A program made the position numbers and the translations under genes. A stretch of 39,697 nucleotides of DNA, the filler included, from Acidimicrobiia bacterium (lineage in GTDB: Bacteria > Actinomycetota > Acidimicrobiia > Spongiisociales > SHLN01): the NCBI GenBank assembly GCA_041619515.1. It is 13 parts of 13 records of this genome, joined end to end, with 100 filler letters (N's around TTAATTAATTAA, not from the genome) between each part and the next. Parts side by side here need not be neighbours in the genome. Positions count along the whole stretch, not along the records: positions 1 to 3,716 come from JBFKDW010000131.1; positions 3,817 to 7,491 come from JBFKDW010000132.1; positions 7,592 to 11,232 come from JBFKDW010000134.1; 10 more parts are not named here. One strand, 5' to 3'. This document shows, in pieces, positions 1-9,190 of the stretch. The notes below the pieces were generated by a model. The model ran no database searches and was not told where the DNA came from. It saw nothing but the letters and a program-made list of their open reading frames with translations. Numbering within the stretch: the first letter of the stretch is position 1; each line of letters begins with the position of its first letter.

Positions 1-618
1 CGCAGCCGCCGCTCCGAGCCCGGCGACTGCTGCCGCTCCGACGGCTTTGAGCGTGTGGGTCTCGGCTTCGAGGGCGAGAGCCTGTTCCTCGTCGCGAATT
101 GCCTGGATGCGATGGGTCACCTTGCGGGAGTTCCGCAGCACCCGGGAGCCCCGTCCCATCCGCAGGCCCATGCGAATTCTGGTGAGAACGTGGGAGTCCT
201 TCTCCCACACGCCGCCGTCGGCGAGCTTGCGGCGCAGCCGCAGGCCCTCCTGGCGGGACATCCACTCACCGAGGCGGGATTCAACGGTCTCCCGATCCGA
301 GTAGACGATGGCGCTCTCGGTGATGGAGACGGGCGCGAAGAGGCGGTCGAACAGGCCCGGGTCGGGCCGCTCCAGCGAGGTTTGCGCCTCGGCAATGGCC
401 CGGCGGAGATGGCCGGGCTCGATACCCAGCTCCTCAGCCACCCGATGCAGTGCTCGTTCGTCGAGCGTCGGGAGGGCGAGGTCATCATCCACCTGGAGCT
501 CGACCGCCCGGCGAATGATGGCCTCGACGGTGTCGACGCTGAGCGGCTCTTTCGGGGGCAAATCGACCGTGCCCTCATAGGGCTGTTGCCGGCGGCGCTG
601 CTCGAACTCCTGGGTCAT
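1..618 (-). CDS. Hypothetical protein, probably membrane-associated; 3' end runs off the window
   Basis: Open frame from ATG at 618 (MTQEFEQRRR...VEAIIRRAVELQ...ALHRVAEELGIEPGHLRRAIAE...) to the window edge, ending in a hydrophobic Ala/Gly stretch. Lies directly downstream of the ADH gene. Not in the ORF track because it has no stop in the window. Confidence 0.7.
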   Translation of the reverse strand, partial: MTQEFEQRRRQQPYEGTVDLPPKEPLSVDTVEAIIRRAVELQVDDDLALPTLDERALHRVAEELGIEPGHLRRAIAEAQTSLERPDPGLFDRLFAPVSITESAIVYSDRETVESRLGEWMSRQEGLRLRRKLADGGVWEKDSHVLTRIRMGLRMGRGSRVLRNSRKVTHRIQAIRDEEQALALEAETHTLKAVGAAAVAGLGAAAA

Positions 619-645
619 GCCCTCATTCTCGTCGCTCCCGGCCGC

Positions 646-1641
646 TCACGCGACGAGCACTGCTGTGCCGGCGGCTTCTCCGGCCCGCAGCCGTGCCAGC
701 GCCAGGTTTGCCTCAGCCAGCGGGTGGGCCTCGACAGAAGTCGAGATCGGTATCTGTGCGGCGAGAGCGAGGAACTCACGGGCATCCTCCCGGGTGTAGT
801 TGGCGACGCTGCGGACCTGACGCTCCCACCACAGGAGGTCGTAGTCGAATTCGGGGATCCGGTCGAGGTGGATGGCGTTGATGGCGACGATGCCGCCCCG
901 GTCGAGGGCGCCGAGGGCGGCCACGACAACGTCGCCGACCGGTGCGAACGTCACCGCCGCATCCAGGGCGGCCGGGATTTGCTCGTCGTACCCTCCCGCC
1001 CAGGCGGCCCCCAGGCTGCGAGCCCTTGCCTGCTCGGGTGGAGAGCGGGTTGCCACGAACACGTCGCACCCCCAGTGGGCGGCAACCTGAATGGCGAGGG
1101 AGGCCGAGGCACCGAACCCGAACAACCCGAGCCGTTGCCCGGGCTCGATACCCGAGACCTTGAGCGCCCGGTAGCCGATCACACCTCCGCACAGGAGCGG
1201 CGCCAGCTCCATGTCTGAGGGGCCGCTCGGCAACCGGAGCGCGAAATCTGCCCTGGCCACCAGACGGTCGGCGTAGCCGCCGTCGATGTCCCACCCCGTG
1301 AAGGCGGCCGCCCCGCATAGGTTCTCCGTCCCGGAGACACAGTGCCGGCAGGTGCCGCAGGCGCCGGCGAGCCATCCGACCCCAACCCGGTCGCCCGGGG
1401 ACCATCCGTCGACATCCTGACCCACGCCGGCGACCCGTCCCACCGCCTGGTGCCCGGGGATGATGGGGAGGCGACGAGCCGGGAGGTCGCCCTCGACCAG
1501 CTGCAGGTCGGTTCTGCACACCCCGCAGGCCGCCACCTCGACCAGCAGCTGCCCGCTCCCGGGCACCGGATCGGCGCGATCGACCAGCGCCAGCGGTTCC
1601 CTTTGGATCGGTCCCGGCCCGTCCAGCTGCTGCGCCCGCAT
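646..1641 (-). CDS. Zinc-binding alcohol dehydrogenase (MDR superfamily)
   Basis: CGVCRTD catalytic-Zn motif, PGHQ, structural-Zn cysteines CGTCRHC...C, Rossmann GLFGFGASA. Leaderless -10 TACCCT 6 nt before the ATG. Confidence 0.93.
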   Translation of the reverse strand: MRAQQLDGPGPIQREPLALVDRADPVPGSGQLLVEVAACGVCRTDLQLVEGDLPARRLPIIPGHQAVGRVAGVGQDVDGWSPGDRVGVGWLAGACGTCRHCVSGTENLCGAAAFTGWDIDGGYADRLVARADFALRLPSGPSDMELAPLLCGGVIGYRALKVSGIEPGQRLGLFGFGASASLAIQVAAHWGCDVFVATRSPPEQARARSLGAAWAGGYDEQIPAALDAAVTFAPVGDVVVAALGALDRGGIVAINAIHLDRIPEFDYDLLWWERQVRSVANYTREDAREFLALAAQIPISTSVEAHPLAEANLALARLRAGEAAGTAVLVA

Positions 1642-1680
1642 TGGGGGAGGGTACCTGCGGCGTCCCGGTACGCTCAGCTG

Positions 1681-1890
1681 GTGGACCTGTTCGACATCAA
1701 CACACTATTCCCCCAGCTGGTGCTGGCCCTGGGTGCAGCTCTGGTGGGCGGGAACGGCCTGGCGCTGTGGCATCATCGCCGGGGCAGGCGACACGAGGAG
1801 CTGGGCGAGTTGCGGGTAGGCAGGGCCCGCTGGCTGATCGTGGTCGGGACCATCATGGCCGGGTGGGGGCTGGCGAGCCTGCTTACCTGA
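1681..1890 (+). CDS. Small two-TM membrane protein (69 aa)
   Basis: MDLFDINTLFPQLVLALGAALVGGNGLAL...WLIVVGTIMAGWGLASLLT has two hydrophobic helices. -10 TACGCT 6 nt before GTG 1681. Confidence 0.7.
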   Translation: MDLFDINTLFPQLVLALGAALVGGNGLALWHHRRGRRHEELGELRVGRARWLIVVGTIMAGWGLASLLT

Positions 1891-1917
1891 CGTCCGGTAA
1901 TACGCTGCTCCCGAGTC

Positions 1918-2730
1918 ATGCGAAAGACCCTCGTCATCCTCGGTGCCCTGGCGCTGCTGCTCACGGCTTGTCGGGCCGAGTCGGCGACACGGCTGCGCAT
2001 CTCCGCCGAAGGCACCGCCACCGTCATCAGCGAGTTCGCCTTCGACGAGGAAGCACTCGCCATCATCGGCGATCTCGACGACACACCGGAAGATGTGCTG
2101 CGGGCGCTGTCCGAGTTCATCGATCCCTCGGCGCTTCCCGTGGCGGCGTCGGGAGTCGAGCCCGAGCAGTTCACCCGCGGCGACCTGCAGGGCATCAGGG
2201 TGACGATCCCGGGCCTCAACCCGGCCGAGGTTGCCACCCAGCTGTCGGCGGGCGACAGCATCATCGACGACATCAGCCTGACGCTGACCGACGGCACGTT
2301 GGTCCTGAGCGGGCGCACCCGTGATGTGCCCGACTTCGATCGCGCCCGTCTGCTCTCTCTGGTACCCGGAGACCTCGACGACGTGCTCGCCCTCCTCCTC
2401 CAGATCGAGGTACCCGGTTCGGTCACCCGCCACAACGCCGACCGGCTGACGGGTTCGATCCTCGAGTGGGATCTGCTGCCCGCCATCATCGACGGTGAGA
2501 GCGTCGTGATAGATGTGGAAGCGCAGGTCGACCCCGGTTTCCAGTTCGTTGACCTCGAGGGACGACCCTTCGCCGTCCAGCCCGAGGCCGAGTCGCCGGG
2601 AGGGGGCGTTTCCTGGTGGGCGGCGGTGTTGCCCTTCGGTTTGGCCGCTCTCGCTTCCTGGCTCATCATCCGCCGGATGCGAGGCGGCCGCCGGCTACCG
2701 GAGATCGAGGGGTTCACTCCCAAGGGATAG
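1918..2730 (+). CDS. Lipoprotein with C-terminal TM anchor (LppM/DUF3153-like)
   Basis: Signal peptide with lipobox LLTAC, internal PGSVTRHNAD...LEWDL motif typical of LppM-like proteins, C-terminal TM helix plus basic tail. Confidence 0.7.
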   Translation: MRKTLVILGALALLLTACRAESATRLRISAEGTATVISEFAFDEEALAIIGDLDDTPEDVLRALSEFIDPSALPVAASGVEPEQFTRGDLQGIRVTIPGLNPAEVATQLSAGDSIIDDISLTLTDGTLVLSGRTRDVPDFDRARLLSLVPGDLDDVLALLLQIEVPGSVTRHNADRLTGSILEWDLLPAIIDGESVVIDVEAQVDPGFQFVDLEGRPFAVQPEAESPGGGVSWWAAVLPFGLAALASWLIIRRMRGGRRLPEIEGFTPKG

Positions 2731-2739
2731 GATCGGCCC

Positions 2740-3681
2740 ATGAGCGATCCCGCCGTCTCGCTGGCCTTCGACGCATCGGCCGGGACCGTCATCAGGGCGC
2801 CCCTCGGGGCCGGTTACGGCTACTGGGCGGGCGGCCACAAGGTCGGGTTTGATCCGGTTTCCGGCACGTTCGCCCTGTTCTACCGCCTGCGCTCCCCGCT
2901 CGAGCACGGCCGGGGCGGGCAGTGCGCGGTGGCTGTGAGCAGCGACGGAATCGAGTTCACCGACGTGTGGTCGGCGGACAAGTCCGAGTTTGCAGCCTCT
3001 TCGATCGAGGTGGGCCACTGCCTCCCCACTCCGGAGGGTGGCTGGCGGCTCTATGTCTCGTACGAGGTGAACGGAACCAGCCTGTGGCGCATCGACGTGA
3101 TGGAGGCGGCATCGCCGGACCTGCTGGCGGCACAGTCGCGTCGCACCGTGCTGCAACCCACCGATTTCGGTCTCGAGTTCATCAAGGATCCGACCGTGTA
3201 CATCGATGACGACGGCTACCGGCTGTATGCGGCGGCGCCGGCGCGGCGCGGAGCGCAGGTGGTCGGCGACCGGATCCAGGCGGGGCCGCTCGACGCCACG
3301 GTGTTGGCCGTCTCCGACGATGGGCTGATCTTCCCGAGCCTGGAGTATGTGTTCGAGGCGCCGGCCGACAACAGCTGGCACGGGCGCCGGGCCCGCCTCA
3401 ATTCGCTCATCCCCTGGGAGGACGGCTATCTGGCTACCTGGGACGGCGGCCGCACCTTCTACGACAACTACGAGGAATGGTGCGGCCTGGCCCTCAGCCC
3501 AGACGGCAAGAGGTTCGAGCGTATCGACACCGGCGGGCCGTGGGTGGTCAGCCCGTACGGCTCGGTCCGCTACGTCTATGCCCTGCGGGTCGAGGGCCGG
3601 GTGTTCTTCTACTACGAGTACACCCGCCAGGACGGCTCACACGATCTCCGGGTCTCCATCGTCGACGATCCTCAGCGATAG
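2740..3681 (+). CDS. Five-bladed beta-propeller glycoside hydrolase-like protein (GH32/43/130-like fold)
   Basis: Repeated Asp-box-like motifs (SSDGIEF, SDDGLIF, SPDGKRF), KDPTV and RYVY motifs. Confidence 0.65.
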   Translation: MSDPAVSLAFDASAGTVIRAPLGAGYGYWAGGHKVGFDPVSGTFALFYRLRSPLEHGRGGQCAVAVSSDGIEFTDVWSADKSEFAASSIEVGHCLPTPEGGWRLYVSYEVNGTSLWRIDVMEAASPDLLAAQSRRTVLQPTDFGLEFIKDPTVYIDDDGYRLYAAAPARRGAQVVGDRIQAGPLDATVLAVSDDGLIFPSLEYVFEAPADNSWHGRRARLNSLIPWEDGYLATWDGGRTFYDNYEEWCGLALSPDGKRFERIDTGGPWVVSPYGSVRYVYALRVEGRVFFYYEYTRQDGSHDLRVSIVDDPQR

Positions 3682-3716
3682 ACGCCGATGGTGTCGCTGT
3701 CGACATCGGGGTTGCC

Positions 3717-3816
3717 NNNNNNNNNNNNNNNNNNNNNNNNNNNNNNNNNNNNNNNNNNNNTTAATTAATTAANNNNNNNNNNNNNNNNNNNNNNNNNNNN
3801 NNNNNNNNNNNNNNNN
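3717..3816. other. Artificial contig spacer (44 N + TTAATTAATTAA + 44 N), first of 12
   Basis: Identical spacers at 7492-7591, 11233-11332, 14922-15021, 18512-18611, 21966-22065, 25248-25347, 28282-28381, 30853-30952, 33409-33508, 35733-35832 and 37838-37937. The linker places stops in all six frames. Confidence 0.99.
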
Positions 3817-4593
3817 CGCAGCCATCCAGATTTCATCAAGGCTCTTTTCGAGCTCGAAGTGCCGGAGCTGTTGGAAGGGGTGGTCGAGATCAAGGCGATT
3901 GCCCGCGAGCCCGGGCATCGGACCAAGCTCGCAGTGTTCTCGAACGACGCATCCGTCGACCCGGTCGGGGCGTGCGTAGGCGCCAGAGGTTCGAGAGTTC
4001 GCCAGGTGGTGAACGAGTTGAGGGGAGAGAAGGTCGATCTCGTCCAGTTCCGGGACGACCAGAAACAGTTCATCGCCGAAGCGCTCAGCCCCGTCCGGGG
4101 TGTGCGCGAGGTAAGAATCAACGAAGAGGAGAAGGAAGCCATTGTCATCGTTCCCGACGGCCAGCTCTCGCTCGCCATCGGCAAGGAAGGCCAGAACGCA
4201 CGCTTGGCGGCCCGGCTGACCGGATACCGCATCGATATTCGACCGGAGAGCAATCCCGAGGGGCTGCCGGAGACCGAGCCCGAAGATGAAACGCCCGACG
4301 CAGGTGATGCTGCGGCTGCGGTCGAGGAGGGCGCTGCGGGTGAGGCCGAGGCTGCGGTTGAGTCGGCCGTGGAGGAGGGCGCTGCGGGTGAGGCTGCGGG
4401 TGAGGCCGAGGCTGATGCTGTGGCTGCGGTCGAGCCGGCCGTGGAGGAGGCGGCTGCGGGCGATGCTGCGGCTGAGACTGCGGATGATGCTGAGCCAGCG
4501 GTTGCGGAGGCCGAGGGTGATGCCGAGGCTGATGCTGAGGTAGCGGTCGAGGCTGTGGAGGCCAAACTCGAAGAAGAGGCAGTGCGTGAGTAA
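3817..4593 (+). CDS. nusA: Transcription termination/antitermination factor NusA (5' partial)
   Basis: RSHPDFIKALFELEVPE, AREPGHRTKLAV, GACVGARGSRV and LSLAIGKEGQNARLAARLTG (KH domains). Upstream of infB. Long acidic Ala/Glu C-terminal tail. Confidence 0.97.
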   Translation, partial: RSHPDFIKALFELEVPELLEGVVEIKAIAREPGHRTKLAVFSNDASVDPVGACVGARGSRVRQVVNELRGEKVDLVQFRDDQKQFIAEALSPVRGVREVRINEEEKEAIVIVPDGQLSLAIGKEGQNARLAARLTGYRIDIRPESNPEGLPETEPEDETPDAGDAAAAVEEGAAGEAEAAVESAVEEGAAGEAAGEAEADAVAAVEPAVEEAAAGDAAAETADDAEPAVAEAEGDAEADAEVAVEAVEAKLEEEAVRE

Positions 4594-6694
4594 GACCCGG
4601 GTATACGAGCTTGCCAGGGAACTTGGCCTCGAATCGAAGGATGTGCTGGCCCGCGCCCAGGATCTCGGACTCGAGGTCAAGACTGCGTCGTCGGGCCTCG
4701 ATGAGGATGAGGCCGGCCTGGTCCGTCTCTCCTATCAAGAGGAGGCCGAAACTGCCGCCCCGGCTGAAGCCGACGCCGATTCAGATGTTGCAGCCGAGGC
4801 TGACGCCGAAGTCGCGGTAGAGGCAGGGGACGAGGCGGCCGCCGGCGACGTTGCCGAAGAGACGGAGGTTTCGCCCGCACCCGGGGATGAGGAGGCGGCG
4901 CCGGCAGAGGACGACGGCGACCTCGAGCTGCTCGAGGTCCCGCACGGCGTCACTGTTGCCGAGCTCGCCACCCTCATGCGGAGACCGACCGGAGCGCTCG
5001 TCAAGGCGATCATGGCAATGGGAGAGATGGCCGCCGCCGCCCAGCCGGTTCCCGATGAGATCCTGGGGCCGCTCACCGAGGCATTCGGCTTCCTGGTGAC
5101 CGTTGCCGAGCCCGAAGCGGAGGCCGAGGAAGAGGTTGTCTCGCTGCGGGCACTCGTGCACGCCGACGACGCAGCCGAGGACCTCGCCCCCCGCCCTCCG
5201 GTGATCACAGTTATGGGTCACGTAGATCATGGAAAGACCCAGTTGCTGGACACCATCCGCCATGCCAACGTGGTCGCCGGTGAGGCAGGCGGAATCACCC
5301 AGCACATCGGCGCCTATCAAGTGGCGACCGACGGCGGCAAGCTGACGTTCATCGATACTCCCGGTCACGAGGCGTTCACTGCGTTGCGGGCGCGAGGGGC
5401 GAACGTGACCGACATCGTCATTCTGGTGGTGGCCGCCAACGACGGCGTCAAGCCCCAAACTGTCGAAGCGATCAGCCACGCCAAAGCCGCCGGAGTGCCG
5501 ATGATCGTGGCCATCAACAAGATGGATCTTCCCGAAGCGGATCCCTATGCAGTGCGGGCCCAGCTCACCGAGCACGAGGTGGTGGTGGAGGAGCTCGGCG
5601 GTGACGTCGTCAACGCCGAGGTTTCCGCCCTCACCGGTGACGGGCTTGACCAGCTCCTCGAGCTCGTACAGCTCACCGCCGAGCTCGAAGATCTGAAGTC
5701 CAATCCCACGGCCAACCCGGAGGGCGTGGTCATCGAGAGCAACCTGGACAAGGGTCGTGGGCCCGTGGCGACCGTGATCGTGCAGCGAGGAACCCTGAAG
5801 GTTGGTGACGTCATCGTCGCCGGCCCGGTGGCCGGCCGGGTACGCGCCATGATCGACGACTCCGGCTCACAGGTGGCCGAGGCCGGTCCTGCGATGCCCG
5901 TTCTCATCATGGGCTGGTCGGAGGTCCCGTCTGCCGGCGACCGCTTCCAGGTGGCTCCCGACGACAAGACTGCCCGCAATATGGCCGCCGATGCGCTCGC
6001 CGAGCTGCGTGCCAAGAACCTGGTCGTCCCCACCCCGCAGGAGCGCATGACACAGCTGCTCGAGGAGCTGCGCACCGCCGACGACGCCGAGCTGCGTCTC
6101 ATCATCAAGGCGGATGTGACCGGCTCGCTCGAAGCTATTCGTGACAAGGTCTCCGAGATCGGTCGCGAGGGCGGCAAGCTGACACTCGTAGCCTCCGCCG
6201 TCGGCGGGATCACCGAGAGCGACGTCCTGCTGGCCGATGCCTCCGAGGCGATCATCATCGGTTTCAACGTCCGTCCGGACTCCAAGAGCAGAAAGGCCGC
6301 CGAGGCCGCCGGGGTCGAGGTGCGGACCTATCGCATCATCTACGAGCTGCTCGACGAGATCGAGCAGATGCTGGTCGGCCAACTCGCCCCCGAAGAGGTC
6401 GAAGATATCCTTGGTGTCGCCGAGGTCCGGGCCACGTTCCGTGCTCCACGGCTGGGGACGATCGCGGGGAGCTATGTCACCGAGGGCGAGATCACGCGCG
6501 GGGCCAGAATCCGCCTGGTGCGCGACGGCGTTGTGGTCTACGACGGCAGAGTTGCATCTCTGCGCCGCTTCAAGGATGACACCCGGTCGGTGGCGGCGGG
6601 ATTCGAGTGCGGCATCGGGCTCGAGAACTTCCGTGACATCAAAGAAGGCGACGTTCTCGAATCGTACGAGGTGCGAGAGGTGGCGCGGGTCTAG
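4586..6694 (+). CDS. infB: Translation initiation factor IF-2
   Basis: N-terminal [10 protein letters not shown], GTPase motifs [21 protein letters not shown] and NKMD, C-terminal SLRRFKDD...GFECGI. Confidence 0.99.
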   Translation: MSKTRVYELARELGLESKDVLARAQDLGLEVKTASSGLDEDEAGLVRLSYQEEAETAAPAEADADSDVAAEADAEVAVEAGDEAAAGDVAEETEVSPAPGDEEAAPAEDDGDLELLEVPHGVTVAELATLMRRPTGALVKAIMAMGEMAAAAQPVPDEILGPLTEAFGFLVTVAEPEAEAEEEVVSLRALVHADDAAEDLAPRPPVITVMGHVDHGKTQLLDTIRHANVVAGEAGGITQHIGAYQVATDGGKLTFIDTPGHEAFTALRARGANVTDIVILVVAANDGVKPQTVEAISHAKAAGVPMIVAINKMDLPEADPYAVRAQLTEHEVVVEELGGDVVNAEVSALTGDGLDQLLELVQLTAELEDLKSNPTANPEGVVIESNLDKGRGPVATVIVQRGTLKVGDVIVAGPVAGRVRAMIDDSGSQVAEAGPAMPVLIMGWSEVPSAGDRFQVAPDDKTARNMAADALAELRAKNLVVPTPQERMTQLLEELRTADDAELRLIIKADVTGSLEAIRDKVSEIGREGGKLTLVASAVGGITESDVLLADASEAIIIGFNVRPDSKSRKAAEAAGVEVRTYRIIYELLDEIEQMLVGQLAPEEVEDILGVAEVRATFRAPRLGTIAGSYVTEGEITRGARIRLVRDGVVVYDGRVASLRRFKDDTRSVAAGFECGIGLENFRDIKEGDVLESYEVREVARV

Positions 6695-6697
6695 CCG

Positions 6698-6991
6698 ATG
6701 CACGCAGCGGCGATGCGTGTCGATCTGCGGCTGCCCGGCGTACAGTCGCTCAAGGAGAAACGTCATCGCATGAGCATCCTCACGACCGACCTGCGCAAAG
6801 CATTCCCCGCCGCCGCGGTCTCGGAGGTGGATTTCCAGGATCAGTGGCGGCGAACGACGTTCGGCGTGGCGTTGGCGGCTGCAGATGCGCCCCACCTCCA
6901 GCGACTCATTCAGGGCGTGCGGCGCTTCTTCGAAGGCCGGCCGGACGCAGAGCTGCTCGACGTGACTGTGTCATACCTGGAGCGGCAGTGA
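6698..6991 (+). CDS. DUF503 (YlxP-like) protein
   Basis: LRLPGVQSLKEKR...VSEVDFQDQWRR motif; conserved position between infB and rbfA. Confidence 0.9.
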   Translation: MHAAAMRVDLRLPGVQSLKEKRHRMSILTTDLRKAFPAAAVSEVDFQDQWRRTTFGVALAAADAPHLQRLIQGVRRFFEGRPDAELLDVTVSYLERQ

Positions 6992-7356
6992 GAGGCGGGC
7001 CCCGCATGCCGCGTGTCAACGAGCTGGTCAAAGAAGTGATCGCCGAAGAGTTGCGAACGCTCAAAGACCCAGCCATCGGCTTTGTGACCGTCACTGCGGT
7101 CGAAACGTCCCCCGACTTGCGCCACTCGCGCGTGTTCTATACCGCCCTCGGGTCCCAAGAGGAGCAGGCGGCGTCGGCGGCCGCCCTCGCCCGCGCCACG
7201 CCGTACCTTCGATCCCGCCTCGGGGCCCAGGTGCGGCTCAAATACACCCCGGCGCTGGAGTTCCGCGTCGACGACTCCCTTGCAACCGGAATGCGCATCG
7301 ACTCGATCCTCCGCTCGATCGACCTCGAGCAAGAAGCGGCATCCGACGATGGCTGA
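6988..7356 (+). CDS. rbfA: Ribosome-binding factor A
   Basis: RVNELVKEVIAE, LKDPAIGFVTVTAVETSPDL, LKYTPALEFRVDDS. Start is GTG 6988 (overlaps DUF503 stop) or ATG 7006. Confidence 0.96.
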   Translation: MRGGPRMPRVNELVKEVIAEELRTLKDPAIGFVTVTAVETSPDLRHSRVFYTALGSQEEQAASAAALARATPYLRSRLGAQVRLKYTPALEFRVDDSLATGMRIDSILRSIDLEQEAASDDG

Positions 7357-7491
7357 CAAGACACTCGATGCAGAAATCCTGAAGGCAGCCCAGGTATTGG
7401 ACGCGGCCGAGCACATAGCCGTCACGTGCCATCTCAAGCCCGACGGTGATGCGCTCGGCTCGGCCGTCGGCTTTGCCCGGGCGGCGGCTGC
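7349..7491 (+). CDS. nrnA: DHH-family phosphoesterase (NrnA-like), 3' partial
   Basis: HLKPDGDALGS motif I of the DHH family; usual position after rbfA. Confidence 0.85.
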
Positions 7492-7591
7492 NNNNNNNNN
7501 NNNNNNNNNNNNNNNNNNNNNNNNNNNNNNNNNNNTTAATTAATTAANNNNNNNNNNNNNNNNNNNNNNNNNNNNNNNNNNNNNNNNNNNN

Positions 7592-7909
7592 GAGAAGGGT
7601 GCCCTCACCAAGGTGATACTGGAGACGGCCTTGCTCACCGACGAGGAGAAGGTCATCGCCTCACGACTGGCCAAAGAGGCCAAGGCGGATTTCGTCAAGA
7701 CCTCCACAGGCTTCAGTTCGGCCGGAGCCACCGTGTTCGATGTAGCGTTGATGCGCGAGGCCGTCGGCCCGGAAATGGGAGTCAAGGCCGCCGGCGGGAT
7801 TCGCACGCAGGCGGATATGGAGGACATGATCGCCGCCGGGGCAACCAGAATCGGCGCATCAGCCGGGGTGTCGATCATGAAGGGCAGAACGTCCGATGAG
7901 CAGTACTGA
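7592..7909 (+). CDS. deoC: Deoxyribose-phosphate aldolase (5' partial)
   Basis: [17 protein letters not shown] (Schiff-base Lys), [19 protein letters not shown]. Confidence 0.95.
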   Translation, partial: EKGALTKVILETALLTDEEKVIASRLAKEAKADFVKTSTGFSSAGATVFDVALMREAVGPEMGVKAAGGIRTQADMEDMIAAGATRIGASAGVSIMKGRTSDEQY

Positions 7910-7924
7910 GGGCCAGGAGCAAAC

Positions 7925-8557
7925 ATGACCAGCGAAATAGAATTGCGAGCGTACGCCTACCTGGACAGCCTGCAGCCGCAGTTCGGCTCGTTCATCGGCA
8001 CCGTGGCCCAGGGATACCTCCCGATCATCCACGACGCCACCCTCTTCGTGGAGATCGCACCGGGTATCGAGATCAATCGGCTCACCGACATCGCCCTCAA
8101 GGCGACGAACGTGAAGCCCGGCATGCAGATCGTCGAGCGAGTCTTCGGGATGCTCGAGATCCACTCCCCGGACCAGGCCGAGACGCAGGCGGCCGGCAAG
8201 GCGATTCTCGATGCCCTCGAAGCCACCGAAGCAGACCGCCTCACCCCCCGGATCCTCAGCAGTTCCGTGATACGCCGGGTCGACGATCATCAAGCACAGC
8301 TGGTGAACCGCACTCGCCACGGGCAGCTGTTGCTGCCGGGCCAGAGCTTCTACATCCTCGAGGTACACCCTGCCGCCTATGCCGCGCTCGCCACCAATGA
8401 GGCCGAGAAGGCCGCCGAGATCAACGTGCTCGAGGTCCGGACATTTGGATCGGTCGGCCGCGTCTACTTGGGTGGTGAGGAACGCGATATCGAAGTCGGC
8501 TGGCGAGCCGCCGTCGCTGCGCTCGAAGGTGTACAGGGACGCGATAACCCGGGTTGA
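7925..8557 (+). CDS. BMC shell trimer, stacked/permuted type (BMC-Tdp, CsoS1D/CcmP-like)
   Basis: ELRAYAYLDSLQPQ, VEIAPGIEINRLTDIALKAT, QIVERVFG and LEVHPAAYAALATNEAEKAA motifs. Confidence 0.93.
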   Translation: MTSEIELRAYAYLDSLQPQFGSFIGTVAQGYLPIIHDATLFVEIAPGIEINRLTDIALKATNVKPGMQIVERVFGMLEIHSPDQAETQAAGKAILDALEATEADRLTPRILSSSVIRRVDDHQAQLVNRTRHGQLLLPGQSFYILEVHPAAYAALATNEAEKAAEINVLEVRTFGSVGRVYLGGEERDIEVGWRAAVAALEGVQGRDNPG

Positions 8558-8593
8558 TGACGCCGGGAAGAACACTAAAAGGAGCAACAACCT

Positions 8594-8896
8594 ATGGCTG
8601 AAGCACTCGGGATGATCGAAACCCGCAGTTTCCCTGCGGTGGTAGAGGCCGCCGACGCAATGGTCAAAGCGGCCAAGGTCGAGCTGGTCAGTTACGAGAA
8701 GACGGCAGGGGGCTACGTGACTGCCATCGTGCGGGGCGACGTCGCAGCGGTGAAGGCCGCCGTCGACGCGGGGATCCGCAACGCAGAGAAGATCGGGGAG
8801 GTAACGGCCAGCCACGTCATCGCCCGCCCCCACGTCAACATCGATCTGGTGCTGCCGCTGGGACGAGCCGACGAAGCAGCCGGGGAATCTGGCTAG
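8594..8896 (+). CDS. BMC shell hexamer (BMC-H, PduA/EutM/CcmK family)
   Basis: ALGMIET...[15 protein letters not shown]...[15 protein letters not shown]...HVIARPH. Strong SD AAGGAG upstream. Confidence 0.97.
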   Translation: MAEALGMIETRSFPAVVEAADAMVKAAKVELVSYEKTAGGYVTAIVRGDVAAVKAAVDAGIRNAEKIGEVTASHVIARPHVNIDLVLPLGRADEAAGESG

Positions 8897-8902
8897 AAGC
8901 GA

Positions 8903-9190
8903 ATGCTGCTCGCACGCGTCGCCGGGACGCTCGTTGCCACCGACAAGGAGCCCACGCTCGAGGGGCTGTCGTTTCGGGTGCTCAGCCAGCTGAACACCGA
9001 AAACGAGGAAACCGGCTCGTATGTGGTGGCAGTCGACGCGGTCGGTGCCGGCGTGGGCGAGGTCGTGATGTACGCCACCGGCAGCTCGGCCCGCCAGACG
9101 GTGGCCACCGAAGGGCGCCCCTGCGATGCGGTGATCATGGCGATCGTCGATACCTGGGAGGTCGGCGGCGAGGAGAAGTACCACAAGTGA
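8903..9190 (+). CDS. BMC vertex pentamer (BMC-P, EutN/CcmL family)
   Basis: MLLARVAGTLVATDK...VAVDAVGAGVGEVV...GSSAR...DAVIMAIVD. Confidence 0.96.
   Translation: MLLARVAGTLVATDKEPTLEGLSFRVLSQLNTENEETGSYVVAVDAVGAGVGEVVMYATGSSARQTVATEGRPCDAVIMAIVDTWEVGGEEKYHK

Noticed and set aside
646..1641. Zn-ADH as the alcohol dehydrogenase of the microcompartment
   Set aside because: Different contig, no encapsulation peptide, and metabolosome ADHs are typically Fe-type.
3672..3716. Minus-strand peptide end GNPDVDSDTIGVYR resembling the GDWDGDG repeat
   Set aside because: Only 14 codons before the gap; too short to call.
4320..4560. GAGGAGGGCGCTGCGGGTGAGGC-type tandem repeats
   Set aside because: In-frame coding low-complexity repeats in the NusA tail; no unique spacers, so not CRISPR.
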